Origin: an uncultured bacterium | GTDB lineage: Bacteria > Caldisericota > Caldisericia > B22-G15 | NCBI GenBank assembly: GCA_965612865.1 | Contig: CBFDTJ010000001.1 | Location: forward strand, 1-44,506 | Length of the DNA stretch: 44,506 nt | Direction: 5' to 3' | In this document: piece after piece, positions 38,081 through 44,506 of the stretch | How positions within the stretch are numbered: the first letter of the stretch is position 1 | Layout: each line of letters begins with the position of its first letter | The notes under the pieces: model-generated | What the model was told of the DNA's origin: nothing | The model's input: the letters and a program-made list of their open reading frames with translations, nothing else | Databases searched by the model: none | Translations under genes and position numbers: made by a program

Positions 38081-39567
38081 GGATTCTTTTTAAGAATGGA
38101 AATATTTATGGAGAGGATTTCAAACTTTACAAATTCATGTCTGTAAAAGACGGAGTTTTTGAATATGTTGGTAACCATGAACCCATTGGAATTAATTTTA
38201 ATAAAGAAGTAGACCTTAAAGGAAATTTTGTTTTTCCCGGATTTTTTGATTCCCACATACACCTTCTCTCCTATTCAAAAACGCTTTTTGAACTAAATCT
38301 ATCAGGTATCCAGTCAATGGAAGAGGTTAAAAAGGTTTTAAAAAGCTTTAAGCCCAAGGGAGGGGTTGTCTATGGTTTTGGATGGGATGATGAGAAGTGG
38401 AAGGTAAAACCAGACAAAAGGATACTTGATGAGATTTTTCCTGATAGATTTGTAATTCTAAAGAGAAGGGATGGTCACTCTCTCTGGGTAAATTCCCTTG
38501 TTTTAAAGAAATTTAACATAGATAAAGATACTCCTGATCCTCAGGGTGGAAAGATAGAGAGAGATGAAGAAGGAAACCCTAATGGAGTTTTAAGAGATAG
38601 AGCAATGGAACTTGTGAAGTTACAGGATTCCTTGTATTCTGAAAAAGAGATTATAAACGAAGGTATAAAGAAACTCCACTCTCTTGGTATAACCTCTGTT
38701 TGTAATATGGATGGAGATATACTCCCTGTTCTTATTGAAGGTAAGTTTAAATTGAGGATTTTTTCTTCCATACCCCTTGAAAAACTTGATTCTTTAATTT
38801 CTCTTGGTTTAAGAAGTTTCTTTGGTGATGAGTTTTTAAAAATAGGTGGTGTTAAAGTCTTTCTTGATGGTTCTCTTGGCTCAAAAACCTGCTTTATGAA
38901 GGAAGGATTTGAAGATGAAAAAAAGAATAGAGGCCTTATCTATTTTGATGATGGTGAGCTTGAGGAGATATTTAAGAGGATAGAGGATAACAACCTTGTT
39001 CTGTGGATTCACTCTATAGGGGATATGGCAAACGAGATTATACTATCTGTCTTCGAGAAATTATGGAAGAAAAGAAATCTTCACCACAGAATTGAACATG
39101 CTCAGATCCTCTCAGAATCCCTTATAGAGAGGATAAGAAGCATAAAGCCATACCTTTCTATCCAGCCTTCTCACATCTATCTTGATGTGGAGAAGATTGA
39201 AAAGTATCTTGGTAAAAGAGGTAGATGGACGTACCCTATAAAAAGTTTAATGAATTCTGGCTCTGTTGTTTCCTTTGGTTCTGATGCCCCCATTGAAGAC
39301 CCTGAACCATTAAAAGGAATAAAGGTAAGTATTGAGAGAAAAGCAGGTGGAAAGTTCTTTTATCCCGAAGAGGCCATTACTGTGAAAGAGGCATTCAGGG
39401 CATACACAATTAATGGTGCAATAAGCGTAGGTGAAGAGACAAGGCTTGGAAGTATAAAGGAAGGAAAAGCAGCTGATTTTATCATCTTTGATGCTGATCC
39501 GCTTTCTCTCAATGCAAAAGTTATCGCTACTTACATAAATGGCATTAGTGTTTTTGAGATTCTATGA
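38077..39567 (+). CDS. Amidohydrolase-3 family metal-dependent hydrolase (YtcJ-like)
   Basis: FPGFFDSHIHLL (HxH), ..KVFLDGSLGS.., ..HSIGD.., ..FGSDAPIE.. Confidence 0.75.
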   Translation: MRILFKNGNIYGEDFKLYKFMSVKDGVFEYVGNHEPIGINFNKEVDLKGNFVFPGFFDSHIHLLSYSKTLFELNLSGIQSMEEVKKVLKSFKPKGGVVYGFGWDDEKWKVKPDKRILDEIFPDRFVILKRRDGHSLWVNSLVLKKFNIDKDTPDPQGGKIERDEEGNPNGVLRDRAMELVKLQDSLYSEKEIINEGIKKLHSLGITSVCNMDGDILPVLIEGKFKLRIFSSIPLEKLDSLISLGLRSFFGDEFLKIGGVKVFLDGSLGSKTCFMKEGFEDEKKNRGLIYFDDGELEEIFKRIEDNNLVLWIHSIGDMANEIILSVFEKLWKKRNLHHRIEHAQILSESLIERIRSIKPYLSIQPSHIYLDVEKIEKYLGKRGRWTYPIKSLMNSGSVVSFGSDAPIEDPEPLKGIKVSIERKAGGKFFYPEEAITVKEAFRAYTINGAISVGEETRLGSIKEGKAADFIIFDADPLSLNAKVIATYINGISVFEIL

Positions 39568-40246
39568 CTTTCCTTAAAACATCAGGAATATCTGTGAATA
39601 TACCATCCACTCCCATTTTTATAAACCTCTTCATAATGAAAGGATTGTTCACTGTGTATGGCTTTACAGTTAATTTCCTGGAGTGCATCCTGTCTACCAT
39701 TCTTTTATTGACGAATACAAAGTATGGGTTAACTCCTGATAGAAATGAAGGAAATGATTTACCATAAGGAGAAAAACACAGACCTTCAACTACCGCCCCT
39801 TCTCTCTTTTTCTTTAGCTCTCTCAGAATATTAAAATCAAAAGAGGAAAAAATGAATCTTTCTATTGGATACTTTTCTATAACTTTAAGCAGCTTATCCA
39901 CAATTCCTGGATATATTCTTTCATTTCCTTTTATCTCTATGTTTACCTTTAAGTTTGTTTCTTTTAGAACCTCTTTAAGGGTTGGTATATATGTGCTTTT
40001 GTGGTTAAAGGAAAGAAGGATTCCAACATCTATACTCTGAATTTCTTTAAGTGTTAGTTCCTTGATTTTCATATTTCTTATAAGGAAAGGATGAAGTACT
40101 ACAAGTTCTCCGTCTTTTGTCATATGGATATCAAGTTCTATAAAGTCGGCTTTCATTTCCTCTGCCAGCTTGAAGGCAGGTATTGTATTCTCCGGTGCGT
40201 ATCTTGATGCACCTCTATGGGCTATAATAAGAGGCTTTGAATTCAT
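39545..40246 (-). CDS. Glycerophosphodiester phosphodiesterase
   Basis: IIAHRGASRYAPENTIPAF..ELDIHMTKDG..; 233 aa. Confidence 0.85.
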   Translation of the reverse strand: MNSKPLIIAHRGASRYAPENTIPAFKLAEEMKADFIELDIHMTKDGELVVLHPFLIRNMKIKELTLKEIQSIDVGILLSFNHKSTYIPTLKEVLKETNLKVNIEIKGNERIYPGIVDKLLKVIEKYPIERFIFSSFDFNILRELKKKREGAVVEGLCFSPYGKSFPSFLSGVNPYFVFVNKRMVDRMHSRKLTVKPYTVNNPFIMKRFIKMGVDGIFTDIPDVLRKVIESQKH

Positions 40247-40252
40247 ATTATA

Positions 40253-41065
40253 TTAAATTTCTATCTCATCACAGGTTCTAAGCAATTTTACCTTATCCCC
40301 AAATTCGTAAAGAAGTCTGCATTTCCCATATGTTCCTGTACAGTGCAATGGGTATATTTTCTTTAAGTCAAATTTTTTAATCCCATCTATTGCATCTTTT
40401 ATTCTATCTTCAAAGTTTAACAGGTGAAGCCCGCCAAGTACCCCGATTATTGGTAAGTTCAGGTGGTTATAAAAATGGCTTAATGTGTTCAAAAGACCAG
40501 AATGATTACATCCAGTTACTATAAAAATTCCTGATTCTGTTTTAATTCCTATGCTTATATCGTCGTAGATAGGATCTACAATGAACGTATTTCCGTCTTT
40601 TATCATCAGTGTTTCGTCCATAAAGTTGTTTATTCTCTCAATCTGTCCAGAAAAGTAAAGGCCTTCTTCTATTTCAAAGAATTCTCTTTTCAGGTTAAAT
40701 CTTCCTCCGTGCTTTTCATAAGTTTCTCTTTTTTCAGGTATTCCAATGTAACCTTTTCTTTTGCCTCTGTCTTTATACTTCCCGATAAAAATGTCTGGAT
40801 GTGCATATACTTCTACTTCCTTAGTCCTATTTTTAAGAAAAGACAAAAGTCCCCCTGTATGATCATCGTGTCCATGAGACAAAATTACATAGGAGATTTC
40901 ATCCGGTTTAACATTTAACCTCTCAAGATTTTTTAATAAAGAAAAGCCAAAACCCGTGTCAAATAGAATTTTTTTATCACCTCTCTCTATAAGCAGAGAG
41001 AGTCCATGTTCAGACAAGCAACCTCTTTTTCCAGAAAGGTCATCTACAGCTATTCTTATCTTCAT
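40253..41065 (-). CDS. MBL-fold metallo-hydrolase (MJ0301-like subgroup)
   Basis: ..ILFDTGFG..ILSHGHDDHTGGL.. Its start overlaps the upstream stop (TAATG). Confidence 0.7.
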   Translation of the reverse strand: MKIRIAVDDLSGKRGCLSEHGLSLLIERGDKKILFDTGFGFSLLKNLERLNVKPDEISYVILSHGHDDHTGGLLSFLKNRTKEVEVYAHPDIFIGKYKDRGKRKGYIGIPEKRETYEKHGGRFNLKREFFEIEEGLYFSGQIERINNFMDETLMIKDGNTFIVDPIYDDISIGIKTESGIFIVTGCNHSGLLNTLSHFYNHLNLPIIGVLGGLHLLNFEDRIKDAIDGIKKFDLKKIYPLHCTGTYGKCRLLYEFGDKVKLLRTCDEIEI

Positions 41066-41595
41066 TATTCTCTAACCATTGTTGCTCCACATTTTGGACA
41101 TTTCATTGAGGTGCATGGAACACCGGGTTCGTGAGGTACCCTTGTGCCACAGCTTGGACAAACACAGTACCCTGAAGGTCCTCTTCCAAGACCTCCACCC
41201 TGACCTCTTCCTCTTCCCATGCCACCTTTTCCCATTCCTCTTCCACCCCCCATTCCTCTTCCTTGACCTCTCATTCCCATACCTATCCTCCTTCCCATTC
41301 CTCTTCCATAACCCATGCCTCTACCACCATTAAAACCATACATGGGTCTTGGTTGTATTTTATAGCTTTCTGGTCTTCCTTCCTGAATATTTTCAGGTAA
41401 GTTTTTCACCTTTTCAAGAGGCATGCCTGCAGTAATTGCATTAACAGGACACCTTTCTGCACAGATCCCACAATCAGTACATAACGAAGGATTTATTTCT
41501 GCCTTTTTTCCAGCCACCACTATGGCATTCACAGGACAAATCTTTTCGCAAATTCTGCATCCTATACATTTATCTTTAATTACAGTATATGCCAT
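41065..41595 (-). CDS. 2x[4Fe-4S] ferredoxin fused to a G/R/M-rich low-complexity segment and a C-terminal CxCPxCG..CPxCG zinc ribbon
   Basis: [12 protein letters not shown] and [12 protein letters not shown], then [50 protein letters not shown], then [31 protein letters not shown]. The ATG at 41595 has a GGAGGT SD. The supplied longer ORF is a 5' extension. Confidence 0.75.
   Translation of the reverse strand: MAYTVIKDKCIGCRICEKICPVNAIVVAGKKAEINPSLCTDCGICAERCPVNAITAGMPLEKVKNLPENIQEGRPESYKIQPRPMYGFNGGRGMGYGRGMGRRIGMGMRGQGRGMGGGRGMGKGGMGRGRGQGGGLGRGPSGYCVCPSCGTRVPHEPGVPCTSMKCPKCGATMVRE
41179..41331 (-). repeat. Coding low-complexity repeat (GRGMG-type units)
   Basis: About 50 codons made almost only of G, R and M, visible as reiterated cct-ctt-cc/cat-tcc units on the plus strand. 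Confidence 0.8.
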
Positions 41596-41770
41596 CTTAC
41601 CTCCTAATTGAAAAAAACTTTCACTTATAATCTTACCACTTTTTAGATACAAAGACAAATAAGCTGAGAATTCAGCTTAGAGATAAAAGAAGTCTTTAAA
41701 TTTGTTAGAGAACTAAAGTTACATTTTTAATTTTATTGAAATTTTTTAATTTAATGGTAATGTAATTTAC

Positions 41771-42100
41771 ATGAGGATGAAGGAAGTTAACACGGAGAAT
41801 TTTAATAAAGAAGTTCTTGAGGAGAAGGTTCCTGTAGTTGTGGATTTCTGGGCAGATTGGTGTCATCCCTGTGATGTGATAAAACCTCACCTTGAAAGGT
41901 TGGCAAAGGAGTATGATGGAAAAATAAAGTTTGTTGCCCTTGATGTTGAAAAGAATTCAGATATAGCCACAAAGTATGAAGTTATGAATCTTCCAACTCT
42001 CCTCATTTTTAAAGATGGGAGAGTTTATGGAGCATTGGTAGGGGCATATCCTTACTCCAAACTTAAAAAGGAAATTTTGAGCATTCTCGGTCTGCTATAA
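41771..42100 (+). CDS. trxA: Thioredoxin with atypical WCHPC active site
   Basis: ..VVVDFWADWCHPCDVIKPHLE..LDVEKN..ATKYEVMNLPTLLIFKDG.. is a classic Trx layout. Confidence 0.85.
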   Translation: MRMKEVNTENFNKEVLEEKVPVVVDFWADWCHPCDVIKPHLERLAKEYDGKIKFVALDVEKNSDIATKYEVMNLPTLLIFKDGRVYGALVGAYPYSKLKKEILSILGLL

Positions 42101-42108
42101 TACATTTA

Positions 42109-42666
42109 ATGGATAGAGATAAGGAAAAAATTCTTGTTGAGAGGGCTAAGTACGATAAAGAAGCCTTCGGCATTTTATTTAACGAATATTTCTCCCTCAT
42201 ACTAAATTATGTCTTTAGAAGAATAGGAGATAGAGGGGATGCAGAGGAGATAACACAGGAAGTTTTTTTAAAAGCCATCTCATCAATTTCAACCTATAAG
42301 GATAGAGGTATTCCATATTCATCATACCTTATGCGAATAGCAATAAATGAGGTTAATGATTATGTAAAGAAGAAAAGAAAGATTATTTTAATGGGAGATA
42401 TGAGAAATGTTTTTAAAGATTATTCGTCAGATGATAAAAAAAGAAAATTCTTAATAATTCAAAGGCTCCTCCTCAAGCTTCCCTTGAAATATCAAACAGT
42501 TATTTCTTTAAAATACTTTGAAAAGATGAAGATAAAGGAAATAGCAGAAGTTTTAAATAAAAATGAGAATACTGTAAAGACGCTTCTTAGAAGAGGTATA
42601 AAAAAATTGAAGGAGGAGATAGAAAAAGACGAAACTTTTTCAAAGGAGTTTGGTTTAAATGAGTGA
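42109..42666 (+). CDS. ECF-type RNA polymerase sigma factor
   Basis: Region 2 (..DAEEITQEVFLKA..) and region 4 HTH (..MKIKEIAEVLNKNENTVKTLLRRG..). Confidence 0.85.
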   Translation: MDRDKEKILVERAKYDKEAFGILFNEYFSLILNYVFRRIGDRGDAEEITQEVFLKAISSISTYKDRGIPYSSYLMRIAINEVNDYVKKKRKIILMGDMRNVFKDYSSDDKKRKFLIIQRLLLKLPLKYQTVISLKYFEKMKIKEIAEVLNKNENTVKTLLRRGIKKLKEEIEKDETFSKEFGLNE

Positions 42667-43318
42667 GATGGAAAAGTTTGAAAAGGAATTGAATGAACTT
42701 AAATTAGATACAATAGAGGACGAGGAGTTTAAAAGAAAGCTTTACCTTACACTTATGGAAAAATATAAAAGTAAGAAGAGATTTATTTTAACTCCTTTAT
42801 TCAAAATTTCCATTGTAGTTTCGCTGTTAATTCTTTTAGCTATTCCTCTTTATCTTACTTTCTACCCAAGATTAAACAAAGATATCACAAAAAGAGAGGA
42901 AGTTAATGTTACACAAAAGGTTAGTACCTCGCCACTATTGGATGACCTTACAAGAAATGACAGGCTTATCAATGTAAAAGAACAGGGTGGCAAAGAGATC
43001 CTTATTTACGAATCTGGTCTAAAAGTTGTTAAAGCTGATGAGAAGTTCATAAAAATTTCATATGGAGAGGAGGTTCCTATTCTGAGAGACGAGGAATATG
43101 GAGAAAGAATTGCCTCCTCTATGTTTGACAGAATAGAAGAGATTATAAAAAATGATTCAAAGGTTGGTTTCCTACTAGAGGAAGGGGAGATAATTGAAAG
43201 CGGCAAAATTGAGAATAGTTTGTTTTACATAATCCTTAAAAGTTCGGAGAGAGAATGGAAAATAATTGTAGATACAGAGAAGGAGAAGGTTGTTTCATTC
43301 TCTTCTCCGCCATATTGA
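42659..43318 (+). CDS. Putative single-pass anti-sigma factor
   Basis: It overlaps the sigma factor gene by 8 nt. It has a short cytoplasmic N-terminus, one TM helix (ISIVVSLLILLAIPLYL) and an extracytoplasmic domain. The call is by context only. Confidence 0.5.
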   Translation: MSEMEKFEKELNELKLDTIEDEEFKRKLYLTLMEKYKSKKRFILTPLFKISIVVSLLILLAIPLYLTFYPRLNKDITKREEVNVTQKVSTSPLLDDLTRNDRLINVKEQGGKEILIYESGLKVVKADEKFIKISYGEEVPILRDEEYGERIASSMFDRIEEIIKNDSKVGFLLEEGEIIESGKIENSLFYIILKSSEREWKIIVDTEKEKVVSFSSPPY

Positions 43319-43362
43319 AACTTTTTTAAAATTTGAGTGTTCAAATTGATAGGAGGTGAAAA

Positions 43363-44109
43363 ATGAATAAAAACTTAGCTCTATTTGTGATTAGTGTTTT
43401 AATACTATCAGTCGGGCTATTTGGAGTAAGTTTTGGAGGTAATGAGGCAATTCCTGGAGATAGAACAACTTCTGAAAATATAATATCAGTTACAGGTCAC
43501 GGTGTTATCAGTGTGAAGCCTGATGTCTGCTATGTAAGTCTTGGTGTTGAAATTCAGGGTAAAACAGCAAGGGAAGTTAGTGAACAGGGAGCAACGCTTA
43601 TGAATAATATTATTACTGCTATTAAAAACATTGAGTTTAGTGATGAAGATTTTGAAACAGTTGAGTATTCTTTGACACCTGTTTACACATACCCTCAAAA
43701 TGAACCACCGGTGCTTACAGGCTACAGGCTAAGGAATATTGTCAGGGTAAGAATTACTCAGAAAAATGAGCAGGGAGATCTTGATACTACTTTTATTGGC
43801 GAAGTTATTGATGCAGCTACAGAAAATGGTGCAAATGTGATATCTGGAATAACATTTGATGTATTGAACAAAAAAGATCTCAAACTTCAAGCAATCACCC
43901 TTGCCATGGAAGATGCGAAGGAGAAAGCAGAGACAGCCCTTGCTGCCGTAAACGAAACAATAAAAACTGTAATCGAGATAAGTGTGTCAGATGTATCCTT
44001 TCCTTCGTGGGCTGGAAAAGATATGAATTTAAGAGTTGAAACAACCCCGCCAATATTTACCGGAAGTCAAAACATTACCGTAACAGTGAATGTAAAATTT
44101 GGATTTTAA
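43363..44109 (+). CDS. SIMPL (DUF541 / BP26-like) domain secreted protein
   Basis: Signal peptide, then ISVTGHGVISVKPDV..LGVE..GKTA.. and ..GYRLRN.V.V.. typical of SIMPL. AGGAGG SD upstream. Confidence 0.8.
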   Translation: MNKNLALFVISVLILSVGLFGVSFGGNEAIPGDRTTSENIISVTGHGVISVKPDVCYVSLGVEIQGKTAREVSEQGATLMNNIITAIKNIEFSDEDFETVEYSLTPVYTYPQNEPPVLTGYRLRNIVRVRITQKNEQGDLDTTFIGEVIDAATENGANVISGITFDVLNKKDLKLQAITLAMEDAKEKAETALAAVNETIKTVIEISVSDVSFPSWAGKDMNLRVETTPPIFTGSQNITVTVNVKFGF

Positions 44110-44133
44110 TTAGAGGGGGACACCCCCCTCTAA
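44110..44133. terminator. Hairpin between convergent genes (possible bidirectional terminator)
   Basis: TTAGAGGGGG-ACAC-CCCCCTCTAA, a perfect 10-bp stem. There is no strong T-run on either side. Confidence 0.5.
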
Positions 44134-44147
44134 TTAATGATAAAAAC

Positions 44148-44440
44148 TCAGTCTTTTAATTTTAAGGAAAGGATAAAAGACAAAAGTATGGGTATTGATA
44201 CTAATGAAAAAATTATGTTTAAAGGAAAAGCTCTTGATAGACCTCCCCACATGAATCCTGATAGCCCCTCTCCTCCCCCCTCTATAAGAGAAAGAAAGGA
44301 TAAAATACTTGCTCTCTTTTCATCAGGTATGACCTCATTAAGTAGTTTCATTCTTATTGGATTTCCTATTCCAAGGCTGAAATGGTAGATAGAGAAGAAA
44401 ATTAAAGACAGAAGAGCAATCTTTGTGAAACCTGTAAGAA
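44148..44440 (-). CDS. C-terminal fragment of a transporter (MFS-like), 5'-truncated by the contig end
   Basis: My own translation shows the minus-strand frame is open from the adapter boundary: ..VLTGFTKIALLSLIFFSIYHFSLGIGNPIRMKLLNEVIPDEKRASILSFLSLIEGGGEGLSGFMWGGL..; hydrophobic helices. The supplied ORF (from an internal Met) under-calls it. Confidence 0.55.
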
Positions 44441-44506
44441 CTGTCTCTTATACACATCTGACGCTGCCGACGAAGGCTTAGGTGTAGATCTCGGTGGTCG
44501 CCGTAT
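44441..44506. other. Illumina Nextera P5/i5 adapter, reverse complement (synthetic, not genomic)
   Basis: CTGTCTCTTATACACATCT (mosaic end) + GACGCTGCCGACGA + index AGGCTTAG (reverse complement CTAAGCCT) + GTGTAGATCTCGGTGGTCGCCGTAT. Confidence 0.97.

Noticed and set aside
44137-44388. An 83-aa plus-strand ORF with a PPHMNPDSPSPPPS tract near the right end
   Set aside because: The opposite strand gives a hydrophobic, transporter-like frame that stays open all the way to the adapter boundary, and it converges on the hairpin at 44110-44133. The plus-strand ORF has no SD and has low-complexity content.

Overview
This is a 44.5-kb contig from a low-GC bacterium (about 35% by eye). The proteins are rich in Lys, Glu and Ile, and the gene content looks like a thermophilic anaerobe: NfnAB, an AmmeMemoRadiSam radical SAM enzyme, a branched-polyamine synthase and many Fe-S proteins. 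I cannot assign a finer taxon from sequence alone.

Both contig ends are untrimmed Illumina Nextera adapters (1-67 and 44441-44506). They are synthetic, and they create false C-terminal residues in the terminal ORF.

Between the adapters I count about 57 tightly packed CDS. I saw no rRNA, tRNA, CRISPR array, transposase or integrase.

Gene layout, left to right:
- Minus-strand operon (68-7104): thioredoxin-fold protein, Cys-rich protein, LplA, NfnAB, AmrS, ApbE, NusG_II protein, Gx transporter.
- Sulfur-trafficking cluster (7206-9827): arsR, tusA, yeeE, dsrEFH.
- Eight-gene operon (9956-17645): it starts with a HutP-like RNA-binding regulator, then DUF2877 (AllH-like), FdrA (AllF-like), a 57-aa translationally coupled ORF missing from the supplied track, a cyclase/formamidase-family hydrolase, and a three-subunit xanthine-dehydrogenase-family molybdenum hydroxylase. 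No DUF1116/AllG partner is present.
- Divergent DUF4388-MglB-MglA small-GTPase module (17763-19374).
- Long co-directional housekeeping array (19345-31939): trmFO, a RibK-MogA fusion, GerMN protein, an envelope thiol-redox pair, alr, bpsA, AEC transporter, CbiX-like protein, YjbQ, HD-GYP protein, ADH, plsY.
- CIRCE-controlled groES-groEL (32041-33963).
- Two CPA2 antiporter paralogues flanking a P-II-like protein (34046-36867).
- Assorted metabolic genes (36867-41065).
- A ferredoxin fused to a G/R/M-rich segment and a zinc ribbon (41065-41595).
- trxA with a CHPC active site (41771-42100).
- An ECF sigma / anti-sigma / SIMPL module (42109-44109).
- A partial MFS transporter gene at the right end (44148-44440).

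The best candidate for an undescribed system is the HutP-led FdrA/DUF2877/mini-ORF/cyclase/Mo-hydroxylase operon. The adjacent sulfur-relay cluster may be functionally connected to it.
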